This document shows, one piece after another, positions 1 to 10,980 of a stretch of 50,290 bases of DNA; within the stretch, counting starts at the first letter, position 1, and each line of letters opens with the position of its first letter. The notes below the pieces were generated by a model. It was given only the letters and a program-made list of their open reading frames with translations, searched no databases and was not told the DNA's origin. A program made the translations under genes and the position numbers. Where the stretch lies: the NCBI RefSeq assembly GCF_001194135.2, contig NC_069004.1:13084411-13134700 (forward strand), read 5' to 3'. The DNA comes from Octopus bimaculoides (Eukaryota).

Positions 1-149
1 AGAGTGAGGTTTGGGGTAGAGGTGGGGTATGTGGGGTGGGATGTGTAGGGGTGGGGTGTGGACGGAGGGGGTATCGATGAAGGGAGAAGTTGGGTAGGAG
101 TGAAGAGAGGAAGTAGGTGTGAGATGAAGAAAGGAGAGGAGGGGAGTCA

Positions 150-560
150 GATGAAGAGTGGAAGGGAGTTGAGCCCATGTGGTGCAAAGGAGCAAAGAGA
201 GAAGATTAATTCCTGTTCATAGTGAAGGTGGGAGTCTGGATGGCACCTGTGCAAAGACAATCCAAACAGACAGGTGTTATAATGAATGAGTGGTAGAGTG
301 GAAATAGCACGAGACTGGGGTATCATTGCTGCGTCTAATGTCTCGGAGGTGCTCCATGAACCGGTCAGCCAAGCAGCATCCTGTTTGACTGATGTACAGA
401 GAAGGACAGAAAGAGCAGGAGATGCAGTAAATGACATTGCTAGAAGTGCATGTAAAGGAGTCAGTGATATGATAGGGATGATGATGGGTGCCTGTGAGGA
501 TGGTGGTGTTGGAGAGGTAGGGGCAAGTGCAGCAGTGTGGGTGGGAGCAGCGGAATGAGC
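150..560 (-). pseudogene. PLE GIY-YIG endonuclease with preceding zinc-knuckle-like linker (decayed)
   Basis: ORF 277..798: RCSHPHCCTCPYL...NVIYCISCSFCPSLYISQT...RFMEHLRD; C-terminal LIFSL..APHGLN in ORF 147..848. Confidence 0.88.
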
Positions 561-884
561 TAGGTTGGGAGGTGGGGTTAGTGAAGAAACTGTGGACCAG
601 GAGGTCATGTAGGTTGTGGAAGATGTGCAAAGTGGAGGGGTCAGACTGGAGTCGCTGGAAGGCTTGGAGAATGGAGTGTTGGAAGGGCAGGGTGGAGGGG
701 GTGGTAGGTGAGTGGAAACGAGAGACGGGTAACGGTGGGGCAGGTGCGGGTGCAGGGAGAGAGAGCAGAGGCACAGTCCACAAAACGTGCTCTGGCAAAG
801 GCGGTGTGGATAGTGGTGAGGGGATATCCAGGAAGGATGAAGTGGCAAGTCACGAGTTGAGACCGAGTCTCAAAGTCATGATTA

Positions 885-1500
885 TCACTGCAGAGCCTGC
901 ACAGACAGAGGAATTGGGAGTAGGGGTGGAGAGCTTGGTGTGGGTAAGGTGGAAGGAGGAGAAGTTAAAGTTGGAGTGTGAGTCTGTGTGTTTGCAGTGG
1001 ATGGAGGTAGTGAGAGTGGAGTTGTGTATGTTGACCGAAATGTCGAGAAAGGCAATGGAAGTGTTGGAAATGGTGCAGGATGGAAGGATTGGGTAAAAGA
1101 GAGGAAGGAGTCTAGTTGTTTGCAGGAGTGTGAAGCTGCACCGATACTGTCATCAATATAACAACCATATAATTTGGGAGTGGGACTAGTAAATCTTGAA
1201 AATATTTGGGCCTCAATGTAGCCAACAAACAGGTTCACATAGTTGAGACCCATTCTCATTCCCATGGCCACTCCCAAGAACTGTTGGTAACCCCCCCACA
1301 CAAACGAGAAGTAGTTGAGGGAGAGAACAAGTTTGGTCAGACGAAGAAGTGTGGATGTGTCAGGTTGGGGGTTGGGTCTAAGAAGTGTTTGAGGGCAAGA
1401 AGTCCTTCGTGGTGTGGGATCACTCTTTATAGACTCTTGATATCAAGAGTGAAGAGAAGTTTAGAGGGGCCAGGAGGGAAGGAGAAAGAGGTGAAAAGGA
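885..1500 (-). pseudogene. PLE reverse transcriptase core (decayed)
   Basis: ORF 885..1301: GVAMGMRMGLNYVNLFVGYIE and YGCYIDD (YxDD); upstream frame LFTLDIKSL*RVIPHHEG. Confidence 0.9.
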
Positions 1501-2046
1501 ATATGGTTAGTGTTGTGGATGTGGCATTGGGTGTGACAAAATGGAGGAGTGAGTGGAGTTTATGTTGTTAAGCGCGAGCGAGAAATTCATGGAAGAGATG
1601 ATTTAAATGGATTATGTAACAGAGTATGCATAGGAAGGAGAAGAAGATGGAATAAGTGAGAGGGAGAAGGTGGTCCATGGTATGTATTTTGGAGAGATTG
1701 GAATGAATGGTGGTGCACATAAGGTGGCAAGAAGTAGTATGGAGTATGGGTAGGATGGCTGAAGCAGAGTGGAGAGTGGGGTGGAGATGGAGGTGGAAAC
1801 CATCGGGGATGAGGCGGTGGTGAAGAAAAAATAGGATTAAAAAATCCTGGCAGTTATCAATAAATTACTCAGTATTTAAAGAAATTTGGTTATGAATGTT
1901 CAACAATCAGATACCAGTAAATGTCAGTAGAATACATTATCCAGGTAAATGCTCATGCATGACAGGTAAATCCAAATTATTCCTTTTGCAGAATTTTGAG
2001 AAATTCAGAGTATTTAACAGCAAAAAATATGTATAGAGAAAATTAT

Positions 2047-2077
<31 letters not shown>

Positions 2078-2139
2078 CATGAAGTTATGTCTGGAACTAG
2101 TAGTTGATAAGTGTGTGTTTATTAAGAGGGAGAAGATTA

Positions 2140-2335
2140 TATTTTAGGGGTGACAAGTTCAGGGAGAGGGTATAAATGGATTACATCAATCCCAGTACGT
2201 ATTTATTTTATCAACCCCGAAAGGATGAATGACAAAGTCAACCTCAGAGGAATTTCAACTCTGAACATAGAGACAGGTGAAATGCTGTTAAGCATTTTAC
2301 CTGGCGTGCTAATAATTCTGCAGCTTGTCACCTTC
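2140..2335 (-). mobile_element. tRNA-derived SINE family A copy
   Basis: Reverse complement matches the ggtgagctggcagaatcgttagca...gagttcaaattc...aagtaccag family seen more than 15 times in the window. Confidence 0.75.
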
Positions 2336-2819
2336 ATGATGTGAAATATATTGATACGAAGTTTACTAGAAGCTGTAAAATTTGAACTTATAGCCATGTG
2401 ATTACTAGTTCGGGACCTTTCCCTTAGAGCCACCATGTCTATTGTGGCAAAAGAAGAAAAAAAGTAAGTGTTGACTATGACAACAAAGTTCCATTATAAT
2501 TCCAAAGGAAGGAAAGACTTTGGTAAAGGAGAAAGAAAAAGACAAGAAAATAGAGAGTTTGAGGGGAAAAGAAGAGGAAAAAAAACAAACTAGATTTCTT
2601 TAATTAACTGGAAGAAATATCTCTGTTTGGTAGATATGGCTCCCACCCCAACCAAACTGCCATCTCTTCAATACTTCCCCCTCTGCTTGAGTGTTAGATG
2701 TCTTTGGTAAATTACAAAGACCGACTTTGGATGGAGGACAGAACACAGCCTTGTAGAAATAGTATTTTACACACACATCTACACACAGACCCTCCCTCGT
2801 TCTCTATCTTGTTTCACTC

Positions 2820-3170
2820 TCTTTCTCATTCTCTCTCTCTCTCTCTCTCTCTGACACCCACCTACCCACCAAATTATATTTTTATCTCTCAACCACACAC
2901 ATACCCATAATCCATTACTGTTGTTGTCAATATAAGATATATCTTCCTTCTCACACACACACGGATACACGCACACATGCATGTACAAACCATGCTCTCA
3001 CCATTACCTACATTCTTATAGACATACATAGACACACAAGCATACACAACTGCACGTATGTATCCATATACATATACACACACATACAAACATGCCCGTT
3101 TATACACCTCACAAAGAAACCACACACAGGTGCACACGTGCACACACATACACATTGATAGGGGAAAATT
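2820..3170. repeat. Mixed (TC)n/(CA)n/(TA)n microsatellite region
   Basis: Direct inspection. Confidence 0.85.
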
Positions 3171-3850
3171 AAGACATAAATACAGATAGTTGGCTGACCC
3201 ATGGGGTGGATGGACCAGAAACCCTAACTCTGCATGATATGGTGGTGGTGGTGGAGAGATGGAGTGAGGGAGAGGAAGGAGGGGAAAACGTTAACTGGAA
3301 CAGTAGCAATATTGTTTGGATAAAAGGACCATGTGTACCTCACCCTCTCCACCATTAAAACATTAATGACAGAATGAAGCAATGAATAAATTAAAAACAA
3401 AACACATACATATATGCATGTGTGTGTGAGTGTGTGTGTGTGTATGTGTGTGAGTGTGTGTATACTTAAAAGCTTGTTAAACTCTCCACCCCTATCTCCC
3501 ACCCATCGTTTTATTGTGGTGGCCGGGAGATGGAATAAAGGAGGCTTTGGTTGGAATTAAAAAGTGGCAGCAGACAGATAAACCGTTATTTGTAAGGAAT
3601 TATGTGGAATGGATGTCTGGGGGTAATAAGGAGTGCAGATGGGTGAGGTGGGGGAGAAGTGAGAAGGGATAAAAATAGAAAAAAAAAAAAGAAAAACAAA
3701 CCGGAGGGGAACACGAGAGAAAAAAGGAGAGAGTGTGCGTGCGAGATGGGGAGAGAGGGGGGGAGGAGAGAAATCAATGAAAGGTTTTACTTTTACTTCC
3801 ATATCCTCTTCCCCTGGCTTCCACCTATTACACCATTCTCCCCATGTTGA

Positions 3851-3852
<2 letters not shown>

Positions 3853-3905
<53 letters not shown>

Positions 3906-4112
3906 CACACTGAACACATGTGGATAGCAAAGATAGTCAAAATGATTAATGAAAAAAAGCCCCACAAAAAACAAAAAAAAAGGTGTAATAAGTGGGGTAG
4001 GTAAGTGGACGGGTGGGTGTGAGAAACATTTTGGTAATGAAGGCGATGATAATTGCGCTGTTGCTTAGCCCAGGTTATCTTTGATGAAGCAGACCTACTA
4101 ATGATCAAAAGG
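3853..4112 (+). repeat. (CA)n plus ~220-bp segment duplicated at 6680-6850
   Basis: Shared cacactgaacac...caaagata.tcaaaatgattaatgaaa...taataagtggg and ggttatctttgat...gcagacctactaa.gatcaaaag. Confidence 0.75.
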
Positions 4113-4185
4113 ACTTATTATCATGTCATTTTTTCTTTTTTTTTTCTACCCAGACTACATTATCCTATGTGTTCTTCCTTTTTAA

Positions 4186-4412
4186 CTCTTTAGCATTTTA
4201 AACCAATCATATCCAGCCCAAGTATTGTGCCTGTTTTATGTACAAACTGGTCAGATCCAGCCTCTTGCACCAACCCTAGAATGTAATTTCAAAAATTAAA
4301 AAAATCATGTCACTGAAATACCAAAGGTGTGAAATAATGCATAATTGTTTGAAAAAAGATGTAAATAAATAAGCAAGGTATATGACAGAATAATCAGATT
4401 GCCAAAACATTA
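4186..4412 (+). mobile_element. piggyBac-type MITE (family with CCCTTTAGCATT TIR), degenerate
   Basis: Starts ttaa|ctctttagcatt; body homologous to 15646-15859 and 37854-38074. Confidence 0.55.
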
Positions 4413-4589
4413 TGACAGTAGAATGAGATTTGGAGAGAGAGCTAGAGGGGAGAGGGAGAGAATTTGGCTGCTATTTCTAGTGAGTTGACTGACAATATAG
4501 AGGGCTTTTAGTTTGTTGGTGCTATTGATCTATGGTGAAAGGATTTCTACCTGTGACCATTCCCGGCCTTATTTTTGTCAAATGGTACA

Positions 4590-4750
4590 GGTTTGGCTGT
4601 GTGGCAAGAAGCTTGCTTCCCAATCACATGATTCCAGGTTCAGTCCTGCTGTGTGGCACCTTGGGCAAGTGTCTTCTACTATAGCCTTGGGTTGACCAAA
4701 GCCTTGTAAGTGGATTTGGTACGCTGAAACTGAAAGAAGCCCATTGTATA
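4590..4750 (+). mobile_element. tRNA-derived SINE family B, 5' part
   Basis: ggctgtgtggcaagaagcttgcttccc...ggttcagtcc...accttgggcaagtgtcttctactatagcc. Confidence 0.8.
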
Positions 4751-5144
4751 TATAATTAATAGTTTAAAGAAAACAGAGAATATACATAGAATAATCATTT
4801 TTTAAAATCATTGTGCAGTCATATGAATATTCTATATGTATTCTGTTTTTTCTTTAAACTATTAATTATTTCTCCTATATTGACAAGAATAAAGTCTCTA
4901 TAGGGACAACTGGGTTTTCAGGAATGGAAAGTGCTAAGAAATGGTTAAACTAACTGACCATAAATATTAGGACATAAGCACACAAATGATAACCAGAATG
5001 ATCAATCGATATAAATGCACAACTGGTGGCTGCTTGGAAAACATATCCCCATAAACCAAAAATTATTTTTGAAGAAATTTTTTCCAAACTGGCCTATATA
5101 TCATTAGTAATATCATTAGCATATCATTAGCATATCATTAGTAA

Positions 5145-6295
5145 GGCAGCAAGCTGGCAGAATCATTAGCACACTGGATGAAATGCTTAGCGGTGTTTCA
5201 CTTGTCGCTCCAATCTGAGTTCAAATTCTGCTGAGGTCGACTTTGTCTTTCATTCTTTCAGGGGCGATAAAATAAGTACCAGCTGAACACTGTGCCTCCA
5301 ACAAAGGTTGATACAAGAGAAGTACTGGGGTTGACAAAATCAATTCGTCCCTCTCCTCACATTTCTGGCATCAAATTCGCAAATTCAATGACTGGCACCC
5401 GTGCCAGTGGAGCACTAAGAGCACCATCCGAGCATGATTGCTGCCAGAGCAGCTGACTGGCTTCCATGCCGATGGCACGTAAAAAGCACCATTCGAACGT
5501 GTTCGTTACCAGCGTCGCCTTACTGGCACTTGCGCCGGTGGCACATGAAAAAACATTCGAGCGAGGTCGTTGCCAGCGCCGCTGGACTGGCTCCTGTGCG
5601 GGTGGCACGTAAAAAACACCTTTTGAGCATGGCTGTTGCCAGTACTGCCTGAGTGGCCCTCATGTCGGTGGCATGTTGGGTGAAATGCTTAGTTGTATTT
5701 CATCTGCCGCTACATTCAGAGTTCAAATTCCACCATTGTTGACTTTGCCTTTCATCCTTTCAGGGGGGTCGATAAATTAAGTACCAGTTGTGTACTGGGG
5801 TCAATCTAATCAACTGGCACCCTCCCCACAAAAATTTTTGCCTATAGTAGAAAGGATCATCGTCATCATCATCATCATCATGGCAGTGAGCTGGCAGAAT
5901 TTTGTCTGTCTTTATGTCCTGAGTTCAAATTTCATTGAGGTCAACTCTACCTTTCATCCTTTCAGGGTCGATGAAATAAGTACCAGTTGAGCACTGGGGT
6001 CGATGTAATTGACTATCTCCTTCCCACAAAATTTCTGGCCTTGTGCCTTTCATAGAAAGGATTATTATTATTATTAAGGCAAGGAGCTGGCAGAATCGTT
6101 ACTGCATCTCACAAAATACTTAGTAAACTGTCTTCCTTCTTTATATTCTGAGTTCAAATTCCACCAAGGTCGACTTCGCCTTTCATTTTTTTGAGGATCA
6201 TGAAATAAGTACCAGTTGAGCATTGGGGGTCAATGTGATTGACTTGATCCATCCCCTAACAAATTTCAGGCCTTCTGTTTACAATAGAAAGGATT
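5145..6295 (+). mobile_element. Tandem cluster of four SINE family A copies separated by (ATC)n/(ATT)n
   Basis: Repeated gagctggcagaat...gagttcaaatt...ctttcatcctttc...aagtaccagttga. Confidence 0.85.
5390..5672 (+). repeat. GC-rich minisatellite with a ~62-66 bp unit (about 4.5 units) inside the SINE cluster
   Basis: Recurrent ctggc...gtgcc.gtggcacgtaaaaa.cacc.ttcgagc...gttgccag. Confidence 0.8.
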
Positions 6296-6329
6296 ATTAT
6301 TGTCATCATTATTATTACTAGATTTATCA

Positions 6330-6484
6330 TTATCATAAATGGTTAAGAAATTCACTTTCCAGCCACATTGCTTTTGGGGTCAGTCTCACTGTGTGGCACC
6401 TTGGACAAGTGACATCTACTGTAGCCCCAGACCAATCAAAACCTTGTAAGTGGATTTGTTAAATGGAAAATGAAAGAAACATGT

Positions 6485-6528
<44 letters not shown>

Positions 6529-6530
6529 GC
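6330..6530 (+). mobile_element. SINE family B 5' part followed by (GT)n
   Basis: ggttaagaaattcactttcc...gtggcaccttggacaagtg...ggaaaatgaaagaaac. Confidence 0.7.
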
Positions 6531-7066
6531 TGTCTCCTTGCTTTGGTATTGCGTGATAGTCGTAATTAAGTGTCACTGTCATACAAGCAGTGTCCTTTGT
6601 TTCCAAGCTTCTGTGAAACCATGGTCTGGTCATGGGGAAATATTACTTTTGCACATACACCCTGTGTTGACTGACACAGACACACACACTGAACACGTAT
6701 GTATAACAAAGATAATCAAAATGATTAATGAAATAAAAACAAAACAAAAAAAGAAAATGAGTAATAAGTGGGTAGGTCATGGCAATGACAATTGTGTGGT
6801 TGTTGAGCTGAGGTTATCTTTGATCACGCAGACCTACTAACGATCAAAAGAAGGGCTAGCAACAAGAAAGGCTAGCAACAGGAAGGGCTAGCAACAGGAA
6901 GGGCATCCTACCATAGAAAAATCTGTCTCAAGAAATTCTGTCCAGGCCAGGCGAGTATGGAAAAGTCAACATTAAATCAATGATGATGGTGTTTGTGAAG
7001 GGATGTATTTTAAATGTAGCATGTGAATATTTAAAACAAAAACAAACATGAAACATATGTACTTAC

Positions 7067-7157
7067 CATATTTCTCACAATATAAGTTATTTCTGCATCA
7101 TCAGAGTGAAACTGCTGAATATTTGGCTGTTTTCCGGTTTATTTTGGTACACATTTC
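7067..7157 (-). other. Candidate 91-nt spliced exon of an unidentified minus-strand gene (no frame open end to end)
   Basis: Acceptor ttttttgtttgcttttttctag|GAAATG and donor AATATG|gtaagta; 3' part reads QPNIQQFHSDDAEITYIVRNM. Confidence 0.45.
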
Positions 7158-7254
7158 CTAGAAAAAAGCAAACAAAAAAAAATCCCATTTTGTTAAACAT
7201 CACATCAAATTATGTATTTATTCATTATAAAATCACATGCATCATCAACAGGAT

Positions 7255-7680
7255 TTACTTAAAATTAGGATCTACTGAACAAATGAGATAGCCCAACCTG
7301 CTAGAAATAACAGCCAAATCTCTATGCATTAATAAACCCTAATAGATTGTTTAGAAAAACACAGTAGGACATTGGGTAATGTGACTGCCTAGATACACCA
7401 TGTCTAAGGTATTTATTCAATCATTCATTTTACACCCAGTTTTTTTTACATGCTGGGGTTGAACAAATATGTTATTTGAGGTATTGATTCACAGCTGGAT
7501 GCTTTTTCTGATGCTAACACTTACTTAAAATTAGGATCTACTGAACCAATGAGATAGCCCAAGCTGCTGGAAATAACAGCCAAAGCTCTATGTATTAATA
7601 AATCCTAAGAGATTGTTTAAAAAACACAGGAAACATTAGGATAATGTAGCCCCCTAGATACACCGGGTCTAAAGAAAAAG
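7255..7680 (+). repeat. Local tandem duplication, period ~266 bp
   Basis: acttaaaattaggatctactgaac.aatgagatagcccaa.ctgct.gaaataacagccaaa occurs at ~7257 and ~7523. Confidence 0.85.
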
Positions 7681-7796
7681 ACGGGATTGTTATGGCTAGA
7701 ATGACTTTGTTCAAAGGCCTAGTTAACCAGAATTGGCTTGGGGAGTCAAACAGCAACAATAAAATGTAGGAGTCACATTATGATGTAGTGCTAGAT

Positions 7797-8036
7797 CAGT
7801 GGTTCTCAACAAGGATCCATGTGGTCCTTGGCAGTTCGTGTAAGATTTTGTTGTTAAAATTTATGATCAATAAATTGCTTATACTACAATACACAAAATA
7901 TTTTAATTTTTTTATACAATTCCTAATATTTAATTATAAAAACATAATCTTTGAAATATCAAATGGCTGCAAAGGTCCATCCAAGTGAACCAAGAATCAA
8001 GGGGAACCTTAGGTAAAAACTGGTTGAGAATCCCTG
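7797..8036 (+). mobile_element. hAT (Charlie/Buster-like) MITE with 8-bp TSD
   Basis: TIRs CAGTGGTTCTCAAC / GTTGAGAATCCCTG; flanks tgctagat / tcctagat. Confidence 0.88.
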
Positions 8037-8469
8037 TCCTAGATGGATGATGCTTGAAAAAAATTCAGAAAAGGAAAAGACAAGACAGGTACTAGCTGGA
8101 ACAACTTTGATTATAGTTCTGTTTAATCAGTTAAATATTTATTCATTCATTCGTTTTACACTCATTTTTTTCCCCATGCTGGCATCGGTTGAATGAATAT
8201 ATTATGTGAGGTATTTTTTCACAGCTGTGTGCTCTTTCTGAAGCTAACACTTACTTGATTTTCAAGTGAAAGATGACTTATTCCACATAGCTTCAAAGGC
8301 ATGAACTGCCTAGACGATTTGTTGACAGGAGAAACAAAACACCACCTACCATGTACACACACAAACACACACATATATATTATTAATACAATATATATTA
8401 TTCATATATATTTTTATGCATTTTGTATATAATTTTGCATATACATATTCATGCACACACACACACATA

Positions 8470-8830
8470 TAGAATACAATGGACTTGCCATGATGAGTGT
8501 AAAAATCAAACAAAATAACTCATTATTTATATATATATTATGAACACATATATATGTCATTTATATATATTTTTATGCATTTTATATGTATATAAATTTT
8601 GCATACACACACGCACACACATACATAGAGAGAGAGTACAGTAAACTTGCCAAGAAGGGAGGAAAACCCAACAAAAAATTGCTTAGCACACATTACATAA
8701 ATTATTGACACACAGACACACACAGACATATATATTTTATATATAAATTTTACACGCGCGCACATACACAAACACACACACACATAAAGATTACAGTGAA
8801 TTTGCCATGAGGAGTGGGAAAATCCAACAA
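8470..8830 (+). repeat. Three degenerate ~155-160 bp units embedded in CA/TA microsatellite
   Basis: Core tacagtgaatttgccatgaggagtgggaaaatccaaca at ~8471, ~8633 and ~8790. Confidence 0.7.
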
Positions 8831-8971
8831 AAAAACTGTCTGGCAAGCACATACATTTTATATATATTATTCACACACACACACACATATTATATATATT
8901 TTTGTGTATTTTATGAATATTATTTATATATATTTTTAAATATTTTATATATAAATTTTACATATACACAC

Positions 8972-9026
8972 ATACATATGTTTCGGTGCCAAAACGAGGG
9001 GTAATCTGTTAGCTACTCATCGGGCC
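8972..9026 (-). ncRNA. Degenerate type I hammerhead-like motif
   Basis: Minus strand: GGC CCGATGA GT(A)GCTAA-loop-TTGGCAC GAAAC ATAT GTA; core has U4C and the stem I 3' arm is lost to microsatellite. Confidence 0.45.
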
Positions 9027-9124
9027 AAAGATTCCTTAATTAAATGAAGCTTAGATTGTCGTCAAGGGATTTCTTCTGAGGTTCTGCTAGTTATGAAACA
9101 TATGTAGCCTAGATTTTATCTACT

Positions 9125-9159
<35 letters not shown>

Positions 9160-9186
9160 CATAAATATACAGGGATTAGCATGAGT

Positions 9187-9277
9187 TGCTTCTCCAACAT
9201 ACTGAAAATTTAGAAATAGCAGTCAAATAGTAGTTCTTTGACTGCTATTTCTAAATTTTCAGTATGTTGGAGAAGCA
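9187..9277. repeat. Perfect 41-bp inverted repeat with 9-nt loop, abutting an N gap
   Basis: tgcttctcc...agtcaaa tagtagttc tttgact...ggagaagca then N. Confidence 0.95.
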
Positions 9278-10022
9278 NNNNNNNNNNNNNNNNNNNNNNN
9301 NNNNNNNNNNNNNNNNNNNNNNNNNNNNNNNNNNNNNNNNNNNNNNNNNNNNNNNNNNNNNNNNNNNNNNNNNNNNNNNNNNNNNNNNNNNNNNNNNNNN
9401 NNNNNNNNNNNNNNNNNNNNNNNNNNNNNNNNNNNNNNNNNNNNNNNNNNNNNNNNNNNNNNNNNNNNNNNNNNNNNNNNNNNNNNNNNNNNNNNNNNNN
9501 NNNNNNNNNNNNNNNNNNNNNNNNNNNNNNNNNNNNNNNNNNNNNNNNNNNNNNNNNNNNNNNNNNNNNNNNNNNNNNNNNNNNNNNNNNNNNNNNNNNN
9601 NNNNNNNNNNNNNNNNNNNNNNNNNNNNNNNNNNNNNNNNNNNNNNNNNNNNNNNNNNNNNNNNNNNNNNNNNNNNNNNNNNNNNNNNNNNNNNNNNNNN
9701 NNNNNNNNNNNNNNNNNNNNNNNNNNNNNNNNNNNNNNNNNNNNNNNNNNNNNNNNNNNNNNNNNNNNNNNNNNNNNNNNNNNNNNNNNNNNNNNNNNNN
9801 NNNNNNNNNNNNNNNNNNNNNNNNNNNNNNNNNNNNNNNNNNNNNNNNNNNNNNNNNNNNNNNNNNNNNNNNNNNNNNNNNNNNNNNNNNNNNNNNNNNN
9901 NNNNNNNNNNNNNNNNNNNNNNNNNNNNNNNNNNNNNNNNNNNNNNNNNNNNNNNNNNNNNNNNNNNNNNNNNNNNNNNNNNNNNNNNNNNNNNNNNNNN
10001 NNNNNNNNNNNNNNNNNNNNNN
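9278..10022. other. Assembly gap
   Basis: N run. Confidence 1.
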
Positions 10023-10282
10023 TATATGGCAGCAAGAATAAGAATGGAGAAAATCAGATCTTTAATTGGTGGATACACGCATACATTACCAACTCCAAAT
10101 TTCTTGAAATTGTTCTAAATGATATTTGAATTTATTTGGCATATAGACATGAAGAATTACCTTGGATGTTAATTCTACTTCCATTTATTAGTATCCAATT
10201 GTTTGATATAGTTAACTAAATTCATTTAACACTGATTACTTTATAAATATCTGCCTGGATTTATTAAACCTTTTTACTTCTT

Positions 10283-10346
<64 letters not shown>

Positions 10347-10499
10347 CTATCTATCTATATACACACACACACACACACACACACAAGTGAGTGGACAAAT
10401 GAAAGAAAATGAATCGAATCAAACTGTTTTAAACAATATAGATACACACACACACACACATATATATATAGTTGAAATTTACAGAAAAACAAAAAACGA

Positions 10500-10920
10500 A
10501 GGCAGGTGTATAAACAACAAGCAGGTGTATTAGTTTGACGCTTGGGAAGGTGAGAAAATCTTTTACATTTTGAACCTACGCTCTTCAACAAAAAGGAGCA
10601 GAAGGAAACAAACAGAGAGAGAATAAAAAACTTTTGAAGTTAGAGGTCAATCATGGCGACTATATATATATAATACAAATAATAAATGAGTATATGCATA
10701 TATACATACATGTATGTGCATACCTACATCTACATGTATATATAGATGCATATCTGGGTACAGGACGTTGCAAAGAAAACGTGGACAAAATGATAAACAG
10801 AGTACAGAAAACACACAGGCCACATAGAGAACATTTCCTTCATCAGCTGCCACCATTCTAACACTGGCATTTCGAAGAGTTAGGACAGGATGCATCATTA
10901 AAATGGCCTCTTCCCACAGA
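10500..10920 (-). repeat. Interspersed repeat containing a CpG-decayed hammerhead-like remnant (~10560-10592)
   Basis: Minus strand TTGAAGA G-CGTAGG-TTC AAAAT GTA AAAG, explainable from (C/T)TGAAGA GAG-like stem GAAAC GTA by CpG transitions. Confidence 0.4.
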
Positions 10921-10936
10921 CCACAAATTAAATTTG

Positions 10937-10980
<44 letters not shown>

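Larger units (their letters stand above)
150..1830 (-). mobile_element. Degenerate Penelope-like retroelement (PLE), probably Neptune-type: RT, Cys-rich linker, GIY-YIG endonuclease; many stops and frameshifts
   Basis: Minus-strand frames give LSKIH, LFTLDIKSL, IPHHEGLLALKHFLD, YQQFLGVAMGMRMGLNYVNLFVGYIE, YGCYIDD, then CSHPHCCTCP, FTCTSSNVIYCISC, LYISQTGCCLADRFMEHLRD and ELIFSLCSFAPHGLN, in PLE domain order. Confidence 0.92.

Noticed and set aside
147-1571. Plus-strand and alternative-frame ORFs of 90-233 aa
   Set aside because: Antisense or off-frame shadows of the purine-skewed PLE.
2425-2470. gccaccATG with a downstream gtaagt (Kozak plus donor)
   Set aside because: Resembles the repeat-derived ctagatacaccatgtcta motif seen at ~7390 and ~7655; no other support.
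5390-5672. CRISPR-like array
   Set aside because: Whole units are degenerate copies with no unique spacers, the context is eukaryotic, and no cas genes are present.
10825-10850. CTGATGAAGGAA on the minus strand as a hammerhead
   Set aside because: No GAAA after a stem II; the CTGATGA/CTGAAGA hits at 7097, 15984, 29310 and 36500 fail in the same way.
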